A stretch of DNA of 64,000 bases, from the IMG/VR virus record IMGVR_UViG_3300029922_000006. One strand, 5' to 3'. The notes under the pieces are model-generated. The model was not told the DNA's origin. It made no database searches and saw only the letters and a program-made list of their open reading frames with translations. The DNA is from a virus (Duplodnaviria > Heunggongvirae > Uroviricota > Caudoviricetes). The position numbers and the translations under genes are program-made. Below, one piece after another: positions 9,016-16,160 of the stretch (within the stretch, counting starts at the first letter, position 1; every line of letters starts with the position of its first letter).

Positions 9016-9486
9016 TTAAATATCGTAAGCGAAATCGTTATTGCGAACCGCATGGTCATAGAACTTATATTTAATACGCTTAAGGATAGTTAACTTAGCA
9101 TGAGCTTGACTAACGTGGTGTATATACTCAACCGTGTTGGATGAGCGAGCACGTGCATGAACTGTATATTTAGCATCAACACTGTAGTACTTAAGCGATT
9201 GCTGATACCATTGCTCAAACGATACACCGTTGACGTCTTGATATTTGGTACATGAGTCGACATACATTTTTTCCACTTCTTCATCAGTTATAGCCTCAGC
9301 TCGCGCTAAGTCCAGTTCTTCTTGTTCTTGTTTTAATTCAGCTGCACGTTTCGCTTTAGAGATCTTAGTTGTATCCTCACGCTCTGAGTAGATCTCGTTA
9401 AGTTCTCTATTGTATGCGGCAAACTCTGCATCTGTTAGATCATCACGTTCCATTTGGCGTTCAAGCCATAAAGTTCTGTTCATCAC
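9016..9486 (-). CDS. hypothetical protein
   Basis: 156-aa ORF, helical/charged. Confidence 0.65.
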   Translation of the reverse strand: MMNRTLWLERQMERDDLTDAEFAAYNRELNEIYSEREDTTKISKAKRAAELKQEQEELDLARAEAITDEEVEKMYVDSCTKYQDVNGVSFEQWYQQSLKYYSVDAKYTVHARARSSNTVEYIHHVSQAHAKLTILKRIKYKFYDHAVRNNDFAYDI

Positions 9487-9490
9487 GTCG

Positions 9491-9769
9491 TTACCTTATA
9501 GTAGATTTACGATCTTTAAGTTTTGATTTACGTTTGCGGCTAACCTTCTCAGGTCCACCGCGTTTTTCTGGAGGCATATACTTAACCATGAAGTCGCGCC
9601 ACCCAGTAGGTTTCGCGTCGTCCTTCCAAAGTTCTGAATCTTGCTCAATACCTAATAAGTTGTGAAGGAATAGCTTCAGCTTAAAAAGCTGGGCATATCC
9701 TTCACGTCTAGCCTTAGTGCTAGGTTTACCATTAGTAGAACTCATGGAGTAGGCTGTTTCCAATGACAA
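9491..9769 (-). CDS. small protein with helix-motif variant
   Basis: LKLFLHNLLGI; basic tail. Confidence 0.55.
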   Translation of the reverse strand: MSLETAYSMSSTNGKPSTKARREGYAQLFKLKLFLHNLLGIEQDSELWKDDAKPTGWRDFMVKYMPPEKRGGPEKVSRKRKSKLKDRKSTIR

Positions 9770-10017
9770 GAGATTGAGTTTGCGCTACTGTTATCAGCCA
9801 CACTTTCATAGCAAATCACTTCATCAGTTTCGAAGCGATACGTAGATCTAACATTTATTACATCATTGACTTTATAGTGAGATGTAATCTTATGTTTCTC
9901 CCTAGCAGCATCCACTGCGGATTGCTGTTGCTTACGAGTTGAACTATTTTCACCATCGTCTGAACAGCCAGCTACTAATACCATTGTAAGAGCTATAACC
10001 AAATACTTAGCCATTGC
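9742..10017 (-). CDS. small lipoprotein
   Basis: start MAKYLVIALTMVLVAG-C at 10017 after AAGGAGGAG. Confidence 0.7.
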   Translation of the reverse strand, partial: AMAKYLVIALTMVLVAGCSDDGENSSTRKQQQSAVDAAREKHKITSHYKVNDVINVRSTYRFETDEVICYESVADNSSANSISCHWKQPTP

Positions 10018-10210
10018 TCTCCTCCTTGAAATCAACTTTAGGAACATCTTTCCAATAGAGTGTGCCTTCAACTAGCTCAGCTTGTTGATCTAATGCAGAG
10101 CGATAGATCTTATGTCCACTCTTTAAGAGAGTGATAACATTATCATTGCTAACCCAAGTGTAGGTCAATTCGCGGTTCATACTAACAGCGAGAACATAAT
10201 ATTTGCTCAT
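10007..10210 (-). CDS. hypothetical protein
   Basis: CTGGGAGG SD; CTGA-N3-TA upstream. Confidence 0.6.
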   Translation of the reverse strand: MSKYYVLAVSMNRELTYTWVSNDNVITLLKSGHKIYRSALDQQAELVEGTLYWKDVPKVDFKEESNG

Positions 10211-10230
10211 AATACCTCCCAGTTATATTC

Positions 10231-10244
10231 ATCTATAGTCTCAG
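10231..10244 (-). promoter_or_regulatory. CTGA-N3-TA putative phage promoter
   Basis: CTGAGACTATAGAT upstream of ATG 10210. Confidence 0.45.
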
Positions 10245-10729
10245 AAAATAGTTGTTAACAGCCAACATTCTTCATCTTCAAAAGATAAGGAGTCAACTAC
10301 AAGAGATCTTAAATAGGTCATTTGATCTTGTTTAAGATCAGCATAAGTAGCATAATAAGCAGTAGCATAAGCAGCATAAGCAACATAAGCAGCAGCATCA
10401 GCAGCATCAGCAGCATCAGCAGCAACATCAGCAACAACAGCAACAGCAGCATAAGCAACATAAGCAGCATAAGCAGCAGCATCAGCAGCATAAGCAGCAT
10501 AAGCAGCATAAGCAGCAGCATCAGCAGCCTTACATTCCTCTTTTGTAGTTTTGCCTTCCATGAAGAGAGAAGTTACTTCTAACGCTTTAAGACTTCTTTC
10601 ATCTTCCATGAGATGTTTAACTTGATTGGCGCAAAATAGAGCGAACTTTACTTGACTCAAATGTGGCAGTAGATAAAGAAAATGCTTTCTATTGTCCCAA
10701 GTGAAATCTTTTTCAAATAAAGAATCCAT
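10241..10729 (-). CDS. Ala/Tyr/Asp low-complexity repeat protein (Imm5-like AAxAA family)
   Basis: start MDSLFEK at 10729 after CTGGGAGG; FALFCA...KALE..W/F pattern followed by about 65 aa of AAYAAY repeats. Confidence 0.7.
   Translation of the reverse strand: MDSLFEKDFTWDNRKHFLYLLPHLSQVKFALFCANQVKHLMEDERSLKALEVTSLFMEGKTTKEECKAADAAAYAAYAAYAADAAAYAAYVAYAAVAVVADVAADAADAADAAAYVAYAAYATAYYATYADLKQDQMTYLRSLVVDSLSFEDEECWLLTTIF
10345..10528. repeat. degenerate trinucleotide repeat (GCT/TAT/GAT/GTT)n
   Basis: agcagcataagcagcatc... tandem triplets encoding the Ala-rich tract. Confidence 0.85.
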
Positions 10730-10750
10730 AATTACCTCCCAGTAACAACC

Positions 10751-10764
10751 ATCCATAAAATCAG
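10751..10764 (-). promoter_or_regulatory. CTGA-N3-TA putative phage promoter
   Basis: CTGATTTTATGGAT upstream of ATG 10729. Confidence 0.45.
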
Positions 10765-10790
10765 ATCAATGTTTGGTCTGACCCTTTGCT

Positions 10791-11225
10791 TCACGTTTTC
10801 AAGCTCTTAATGGCAAACTTTAGTTCAGCTAGTTCTTTTTTTAATGCTTTGTTTTCTTCTATAATTGGATGTTCAGAAAAATAGTAGTCACGCATTTTTC
10901 TTAGCATTTCATTGTCAGCTAGTATCGCAAAATATTTTTCAGTTTCAACCCAAACACCAGATGCGGCCATGCGGTGATATGACTTGAGCTGTTCGTTCGC
11001 AAAATACAGTTCACGACTAAGGCGCTCAGCCCTAGCGAATTCAGTTTCGGTGTCTTTAACAATGACTGCATGGTCAATCCCATCTTCAATGAAAAATGGT
11101 GCATTAGGTTTCTTGTTACTATTCACGTGCTCATACTCCTTTTCAAAGGAATGGATCGAACCGCAGTCGATAATGAATCGCCCACAGACTTTGCATTTGT
11201 CGTCGTACTTAGCATTCTCACTCAT
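10791..11225 (-). CDS. hypothetical protein with CxxC and coiled coil
   Basis: CKVC near N-terminus; GGAGG SD. Confidence 0.6.
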   Translation of the reverse strand: MSENAKYDDKCKVCGRFIIDCGSIHSFEKEYEHVNSNKKPNAPFFIEDGIDHAVIVKDTETEFARAERLSRELYFANEQLKSYHRMAASGVWVETEKYFAILADNEMLRKMRDYYFSEHPIIEENKALKKELAELKFAIKSLKT

Positions 11226-11482
11226 AGATCCTCCAACATCTTGTTTATAGCTATTTGAGCTTTAACCTCGTCTTCTATGTTCTTTCCATAAGAACCTAAC
11301 GTTGTATATCTTTGAAACAAGGATAATAGTCCCTCATCATCGCACAGTTCGTGCATCTCATTCATGGTCCAACGAATTGGTTGAGTTAACATATCATCAG
11401 GACCAGCATATCCGCTTTGAAATATATGAGTTATCATCTTGCATCTTAACTCACCTTGTATGCAGAATGTATTCCTTCTCAT
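11222..11482 (-). CDS. hypothetical protein
   Basis: 3' part of track ORF 11222..11596; in-frame ATG at 11482 (or 11437). Confidence 0.5.
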   Translation of the reverse strand: MRRNTFCIQGELRCKMITHIFQSGYAGPDDMLTQPIRWTMNEMHELCDDEGLLSLFQRYTTLGSYGKNIEDEVKAQIAINKMLEDL

Positions 11483-11628
11483 TATTGCACGTATGAGCGA
11501 CGGTAGGACCAGATGTTTAAGGCGCAGAAAGCGCCTTGGAACAGAGCCCAACCATAAGCACCAGCCATTAGGTCCACAGCACAGAAGAATGCGCACATAG
11601 CGATGACACCAATGCTAAAATACTTCAT
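11482..11628 (-). CDS. 48-aa membrane peptide
   Basis: MKYFSIGVIAMCAFFCAVDLMAGAYGWALFQGAFCALNIWSYRRSYVQ; AAGGAG SD; not in track. Confidence 0.55.
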   Translation of the reverse strand: MKYFSIGVIAMCAFFCAVDLMAGAYGWALFQGAFCALNIWSYRRSYVQ

Positions 11629-11630
11629 AA

Positions 11631-11723
11631 TCACTCCTTAACGTAGTGTTTACCAATCCAGTTAATCAGCTCTTGCTGTCTGCGGTCATATATCTTCAGG
11701 GATTTGATCTTATCGAGCTCCAT
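11631..11723 (-). CDS. 30-aa peptide
   Basis: MELDKIKSLKIYDRRQQELINWIGKHYVKE; ATG directly follows 17-nt element copy 2. Confidence 0.35.
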   Translation of the reverse strand: MELDKIKSLKIYDRRQQELINWIGKHYVKE

Positions 11724-11742
11724 GCGTAGCAGCAGTGTCAGT
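11724..11742 (-). repeat. 17-nt dispersed element, copy 2 (3-nt insertion)
   Basis: ACTGACACTGCTGCTACGC. Confidence 0.7.
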
Positions 11743-11751
11743 GGTGCGGAC

Positions 11752-11795
11752 GGGAATAGAGAATGGGTCATAGTCGGAGGAAGCTATGACCCATT
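11752..11795 (-). terminator. intrinsic terminator
   Basis: 12-bp stem AATGGGTCATAG/CTATGACCCATT, pyrimidine-rich tail, after triplicated copy 2. Confidence 0.7.
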
Positions 11796-11810
11796 GATTG
11801 AGGTTGGATA

Positions 11811-12275
11811 TTACTTCGAGAACTTAGCAGCAAGGTCAGCAGGAAGAGCTGAGAAGTCAACTGTGACTTTCTTAGTCTTAGTTGCATTGATATCGCTAAC
11901 ACGAGCGTCAATGTAAGCTTGAACTTCAGCTTTCTCTTCGTCGGTAGTCAACGTCGAGATCAAAGCGCGCATTGCTTTGAGTTGCGGGTCGCCAGAGCCA
12001 GCGCGTGATCCAGGGTTCTTAGCAACGTAAGCGACATTGCCGTTAAGGCGTTTGTCTTTACGCAACCAATTCGACTGAAGACCAGAGACATACGACTTCA
12101 AGTCGCTGTCAGTGATGTCTGTCTTCTCGAGCTCGATCTTTCCGCTACGGAAACCCTCGAACAAGATAGCGTTCACTTGAACGCGCTCTTCTTTGGTTGG
12201 GCTATAGCTATCAGCTTGGCCGCAAACGTTAGTAACGGCTTGGAATACTGCTTCTTTTTGCGACACTTTAGACAT
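11811..12275 (-). CDS. triplicated unknown protein, copy 2
   Basis: same invariant blocks as copies 1 and 3. Confidence 0.85.
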   Translation of the reverse strand: MSKVSQKEAVFQAVTNVCGQADSYSPTKEERVQVNAILFEGFRSGKIELEKTDITDSDLKSYVSGLQSNWLRKDKRLNGNVAYVAKNPGSRAGSGDPQLKAMRALISTLTTDEEKAEVQAYIDARVSDINATKTKKVTVDFSALPADLAAKFSK

Positions 12276-12332
12276 GGAAAACCTCCCGAGGTTTGTCTAT
12301 TACAACCAAAGCGTTATTGCCTTGTTGTTTTG

Positions 12333-12557
12333 TTACCTTGTTCTAGTTTCAGATTCTTCACTATGTCTGAGTGATAGATTAACACTAAGTACTTTTCTCT
12401 TACCTACTAAAAAGTAAAGGTCCAACCAGACATAAGCTGTATACTCGTCGTATCTATAACGACTAGGTATCAGCCATCTCCAGCCAGACCTTATAGGAAT
12501 AGCAAGCATCAAGACATCAACTATCCGTTTAGTCATACAGTTTCTCCTGCTGCTCAC
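12333..12557 (-). CDS. hypothetical protein
   Basis: coupled to 12554; Trp/Tyr-rich. Confidence 0.45.
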   Translation of the reverse strand: MSSRRNCMTKRIVDVLMLAIPIRSGWRWLIPSRYRYDEYTAYVWLDLYFLVGKRKVLSVNLSLRHSEESETRTR

Positions 12558-12865
12558 ATATCATCAGCCACATCGTCCTCAGGCTTGTCAACCTTGACCT
12601 TACCCTCTAATACCACTACATTGACAACTCTGCCAGTGCCATGGTTAGCACCACCACAAGCACAGTCGCATGATGGACCATGAGCATGAGTGCATCTACC
12701 ATCGCAAGCAGGTCTAGTCCCAGTCTTCTCCCACTTCTCACCCTTAATAATGCCCATAAAGATGACAGGACCATCGCAGTCGTATGTGTCAATCTTTCTT
12801 TCAGCACTCGCAAATGGAGTGAGACAGTCTAAGCACTTATGATAATAGAGCATAAAACCCTCCAA
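12554..12865 (-). CDS. Cys/His-rich metal-binding protein
   Basis: CLDC and CDGRCTHAHGPSCDCACGGANHG motif. Confidence 0.7.
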   Translation of the reverse strand: MEGFMLYYHKCLDCLTPFASAERKIDTYDCDGPVIFMGIIKGEKWEKTGTRPACDGRCTHAHGPSCDCACGGANHGTGRVVNVVVLEGKVKVDKPEDDVADDM

Positions 12866-12867
12866 GG

Positions 12868-13065
12868 TTAAAAACCTGTGTAGTAAGCTTGTTTGTACTC
12901 GTGCAATACTAAGTCAAAATCTTTATGAGTCATTATGGTGCAGACAAACCACTCCATATCGTGGGCATCTAATACTCTCTTAGCCCACTTAATTGTGGTA
13001 ACTCTGTGCTCTATGCTCGTAGAACTAACATATACACTCAATGCTTTGCTAAGTTTACTCATCAC
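12868..13065 (-). CDS. hypothetical protein
   Basis: 4-nt overlap with upstream gene. Confidence 0.55.
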   Translation of the reverse strand: MMSKLSKALSVYVSSTSIEHRVTTIKWAKRVLDAHDMEWFVCTIMTHKDFDLVLHEYKQAYYTGF

Positions 13066-13400
13066 TTACCTACCTTATTGGCGTTCATCAAGTTCTCGGC
13101 GCACTCAACCTTAATGTCTTTCCATAGTGGATCAGCCCAAATCTTATGTATGTTCATGGCGATACTGCCAATGATAAACCGAACTATGATTCGTTGGTCA
13201 TCAAGCGTTAGAACACCACCAGCTTTAAGCTTATCTACTACTGCTTGGGCGATTGGACTTACCGGTATATTAGACTCGTAAAAGAACTGCATTGCTTCGA
13301 TAAGTTCCTCACTAGAGACCATTACCTTCCTATTCCATTCTGGGTTGATCTTATCTACAGCAGACTTAATGGTTTTCTTAATAACTTTTTTAATAGACAT
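13062..13400 (-). CDS. hypothetical protein
   Basis: GAGGTG SD; CTGA-N3-TA upstream. Confidence 0.65.
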   Translation of the reverse strand: MSIKKVIKKTIKSAVDKINPEWNRKVMVSSEELIEAMQFFYESNIPVSPIAQAVVDKLKAGGVLTLDDQRIIVRFIIGSIAMNIHKIWADPLWKDIKVECAENLMNANKVGK

Positions 13401-13947
13401 ACATCACCTCTCTCTCTCTCTCATACACCTCTCTAGGATCAGGGAGAGCAACCTAGTATCATTACAATACAACCTACAGGCCACTTCTATCCCTTACCTA
13501 TTAGCAAGGGATTAGAGCAACCAGAGGCTAACCAGTGGACCACCAGGTTTTACGGTAAGGAATAAGATCAGGTATAGCGTAACCCGCTGATAAGACTAGG
13601 GCAAGGCGCGAATAGGCCCATGGGTGTAGCGACGCCCACTCTGGGTTCGCTTTCCCCTCAACTATATTCTGGCCTGTATAGGTCCTGTCTTCCTCCCCTT
13701 CCCCTACGTAGGTAATCGGCGGGACCTGTATAGGTCTTATCGGGACATCTATAAGCCTGATCGTTGTGCTTATATAGGCCTAGATTCAGGACTTAACTAT
13801 GCCGATACCTTGGGCCTTATTTTGGTTGTATCTAATGGATCGTTTCAGGATATGGGTAACCTGAGGGAGGATGTATCATTGTGGTGCAGTGTGATCGGGT
13901 TGTTTTTGGGCTACTCGGGTCAGGTAGTCAGGATGGCCTGAGCTCCC

Positions 13948-13964
13948 GGCGTAGCAGTGTCAGT
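13948..13964 (-). repeat. 17-nt dispersed element, copy 3
   Basis: ACTGACACTGCTACGCC; bracketed by GGCCTGAGCT direct repeats. Confidence 0.8.
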
Positions 13965-14022
13965 ATGGGCCTGAGCTGTTGCCCGACCCATCTGACTGCT
14001 GGCAGGTTATTATGGCTGGATA

Positions 14023-14277
14023 TCAGGCTGCTTCGTCCTGGCATGTGTACATGAAGCCGCCAAGGACTCCGAAGTATGCGAGGTCGTGGTTGTGCTTTGC
14101 CATCTCGTTCAGTGCTGCAGAGATGTCCTTAGCTATATCCGCTGATGTGATGTGGTTGTAGCGGCTGAAGTGCGCGAACACTATGCGGTTGACATGGGCT
14201 TGGTCATCGCACCACACAACCTTGCCGTTAGGAAACTCTACACCCAAGAGTCCATCGATCGTTCTGAGTAATTTCAT
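14023..14277 (-). CDS. hypothetical protein, paralogue of 1664-1888
   Basis: AGGAGG SD; NHDLAYFGVLGGFMYT. Confidence 0.7.
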   Translation of the reverse strand: MKLLRTIDGLLGVEFPNGKVVWCDDQAHVNRIVFAHFSRYNHITSADIAKDISAALNEMAKHNHDLAYFGVLGGFMYTCQDEAA

Positions 14278-14365
14278 AGTATGCCTCCTAAGATAAGTAC
14301 AGTTAATATCAGCAGGCCAAACCAGACTCCTACATAGACACGCTTACAACTGATAGCATCTTGGC

Positions 14366-14572
14366 TCATGCTGCAACCTCGATGTGAAAGGATACAGATG
14401 GAGTCACTGCAAGCTGCTGCTTCATCCACTTGACATCAGCTGCTTTAAGGCCGAACACATGCTTTAAGTTCCAGACTAGGTTCTTCTCATTGAAGATGCG
14501 GAGGATAGGTCCTGACTCAGTGGTCAAGACGTAGTGCTTGTTGCTCTGTGTTATAGTCAGGTTCATGTTCAC
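14366..14572 (-). CDS. hypothetical protein
   Basis: AAGGAG SD. Confidence 0.6.
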   Translation of the reverse strand: MNMNLTITQSNKHYVLTTESGPILRIFNEKNLVWNLKHVFGLKAADVKWMKQQLAVTPSVSFHIEVAA

Positions 14573-14583
14573 TCCTTTGTTAG

Positions 14584-14829
14584 TTAAGATGCAAGTCTTT
14601 CAAACTCTTGTTCAGTGATCAGTTCGGTATATCCACTCACGACCTTAGCACAGCGATTGCCGTTCATTCTCAGCTTACCAAAGTCACGCTCTATCTGATT
14701 GAGCTTTAAGACCTTGTCAGTCTTGCGACCCAGTACATCGACTGTGGTGACGTGATAGTCACACATCGTCTCAGTGTTCTCGTTGCCGATTGCCTTGTTA
14801 AGCTTGATAAGTTGATAGCCTTTGAACAT
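14584..14829 (-). CDS. hypothetical protein
   Basis: AAGGAG SD; CTGATCTTATACT upstream. Confidence 0.65.
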   Translation of the reverse strand: MFKGYQLIKLNKAIGNENTETMCDYHVTTVDVLGRKTDKVLKLNQIERDFGKLRMNGNRCAKVVSGYTELITEQEFERLAS

Positions 14830-14994
14830 TGCTTGCTCCTTTGTTATAAGTAAGTATAAGATCAGGACACTTATTCATGTCTTTCAATGAAAGAGGCGAG
14901 CTCGCGTTGCTCCACTTAAGGACTGCGATTCACCATTCATGTCCCGTCTTATAATGGTCTATAGGTTCAGGCAATGCCCCAAGCTGAGGCACTA

Positions 14995-15035
14995 GGCGTA
15001 GCAGTGTCAGTAGGCGACTAAGCCTACTGACACTG
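14995..15035 (-). repeat. 17-nt element copy 4 within 14-bp perfect inverted repeat
   Basis: element 14995-15011; CAGTGTCAGTAGGC (15002-15) / GCCTACTGACACTG (15022-35). Confidence 0.8.
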
Positions 15036-15041
15036 GACTAG

Positions 15042-15164
15042 TTAGAAGAGTGGTGGATTATTAGCGAACCACTCTGCTAGTTGGTTAGCAGTCGCCTCAT
15101 CCTCAGTGACTGCATCATACTCATCAGCTTCTAGATATATCTCACTCGGTTGTGCTTCGTTCAT
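15042..15164 (-). CDS. 40-aa acidic peptide
   Basis: MNEAQPSEIYLEADEYDAVTEDEATANQLAEWFANNPPLF; AGGAGG SD; not in track. Confidence 0.6.
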   Translation of the reverse strand: MNEAQPSEIYLEADEYDAVTEDEATANQLAEWFANNPPLF

Positions 15165-15201
15165 ATGTCCTCCTGGTTATGTTTAGAATCAGGACTCAAG
15201 C

Positions 15202-15227
15202 GAGACCAGGACCGAAGTCCTGGTCTC
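15202..15227 (-). terminator. stable hairpin (cUUCGg tetraloop), probable terminator
   Basis: GAGACCAGGAC-TTCG-GTCCTGGTCTC after triplicated copy 3; lacks clear U tail. Confidence 0.6.
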
Positions 15228-15239
15228 AATGAACACTGA

Positions 15240-15701
15240 TTACTTAGAGAACTTAGCAGCGAGATCAGCAGGCAGAGCAGAGAAGTCAACAGTCTTGGCG
15301 ACCTTCGTTGCGTTCAGCTCAGCGACTCGTGCATCGATGTAAGCTTGAACTTCAGCTTTCTCTTGATCAGTAGTCAGGGTCGTGATCAGAGCGCGCATCG
15401 CCTTCAGCTGGGGATCAGTCGAACCAGCGCGCGAGCCAGGGTTCTTAGCGGTATACTGAACACCACCGTTCAAGCGCTTGTCCTTGCGAAGCCAGTTGCT
15501 CTGTAAGCCAGACACATAACCCTTCAGGTCGCTATCGCTCTTCTCAGTATCAATCTCGATCTTGCCTGAGCGGAAACCCTCAAAGAGGATCGCATTCACT
15601 TGAGCGCGCTGTTCCTTAGTAGGTGCATACACACCGTCTTGCTCGCCCATGACATTGATGATAGCTGCGAATGCCGCTTCTTTTTGTGACATCTTGCTCA
15701 T
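15240..15701 (-). CDS. triplicated unknown protein, copy 3
   Basis: CTGGGAGG SD; same invariant blocks. Confidence 0.85.
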   Translation of the reverse strand: MSKMSQKEAAFAAIINVMGEQDGVYAPTKEQRAQVNAILFEGFRSGKIEIDTEKSDSDLKGYVSGLQSNWLRKDKRLNGGVQYTAKNPGSRAGSTDPQLKAMRALITTLTTDQEKAEVQAYIDARVAELNATKVAKTVDFSALPADLAAKFSK

Positions 15702-15988
15702 AACATATCCTCCCAGATATTGACTCGGCTTAATTGCCTCATCATGTTACTCATTAGTTTCAGATCGTGCATCATAACTTAGCAAAGTCTTTATCATTGC
15801 CTCGTTATGCTACTCTATAGGTTCGGGAAACTGGCGCCCGCTATCCTCAGCTTAAAAGGGAACCCCTATTTTCAGGTCGGTACCCGCCGTCATTACTCCG
15901 TGTACATAAGCTTTTTCCTATAAAACAGGCCCCGCCACCTTCCAACCCTAATAGGCACAATGTACCACCTGGCCCTTTTCTCTATAGG

Positions 15989-15994
15989 TATAAT
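15989..15994 (+). promoter_or_regulatory. -10 box heading the micro-protein operon
   Basis: TATAAT-N7-ATG(16002), no SD. Confidence 0.5.
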
Positions 15995-16001
15995 TTTTCT
16001 G

Positions 16002-16160
16002 ATGAAACTCACATTTGATTTCCTTAATGATGATCTATATCTGGTCCCCGCCCACAAGCGGAACCTACTAGTACTACTCGCTACACTCAACATCATCAAC
16101 ATCACATTTGAAGACCGCTTCATCGTTAAATGGACCAACCAGGACCAACTTAAATTATGA
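16002..16160 (+). CDS. micro-protein 1 (52 aa)
   Basis: motif LLVLLATLNI; alternative start 15960. Confidence 0.6.
   Translation: MKLTFDFLNDDLYLVPAHKRNLLVLLATLNIINITFEDRFIVKWTNQDQLKL

Larger units (their letters stand above)
13429..15875 (-). promoter_or_regulatory. cluster of C(T/C)GA-N3-TA putative promoters
   Basis: copies at 13429-42, 13558-71, 13776-89, 14299-312, 14852-65, 14957-70, 15179-92, 15750-63, 15813-26 (CCGA), 15863-75. Confidence 0.45.

Noticed and set aside
10318-10582. Track ORFs of poly-Leu/Met (minus) and poly-Ser/Ile (plus)
   Set aside because: Alternative-frame shadows of the triplet repeat in the Ala-rich gene; no SD and no independent composition.
13590-13665. tRNA-like element (hairpin plus GGTTCG)
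   Set aside because: Cannot fold an acceptor stem or D-arm; no cloverleaf or CCA. No tRNA or rRNA genes were recognised in the window.
6746-15011. 17-nt repeats as a CRISPR array
   Set aside because: Too short, kilobases apart, no regular spacers and no cas genes in the window.
11811-15701. Copies 2 and 3 as a DGR template/variable repeat pair
   Set aside because: Differences are synonymous and not adenine-specific; both are intact ORFs; no reverse transcriptase in the window.
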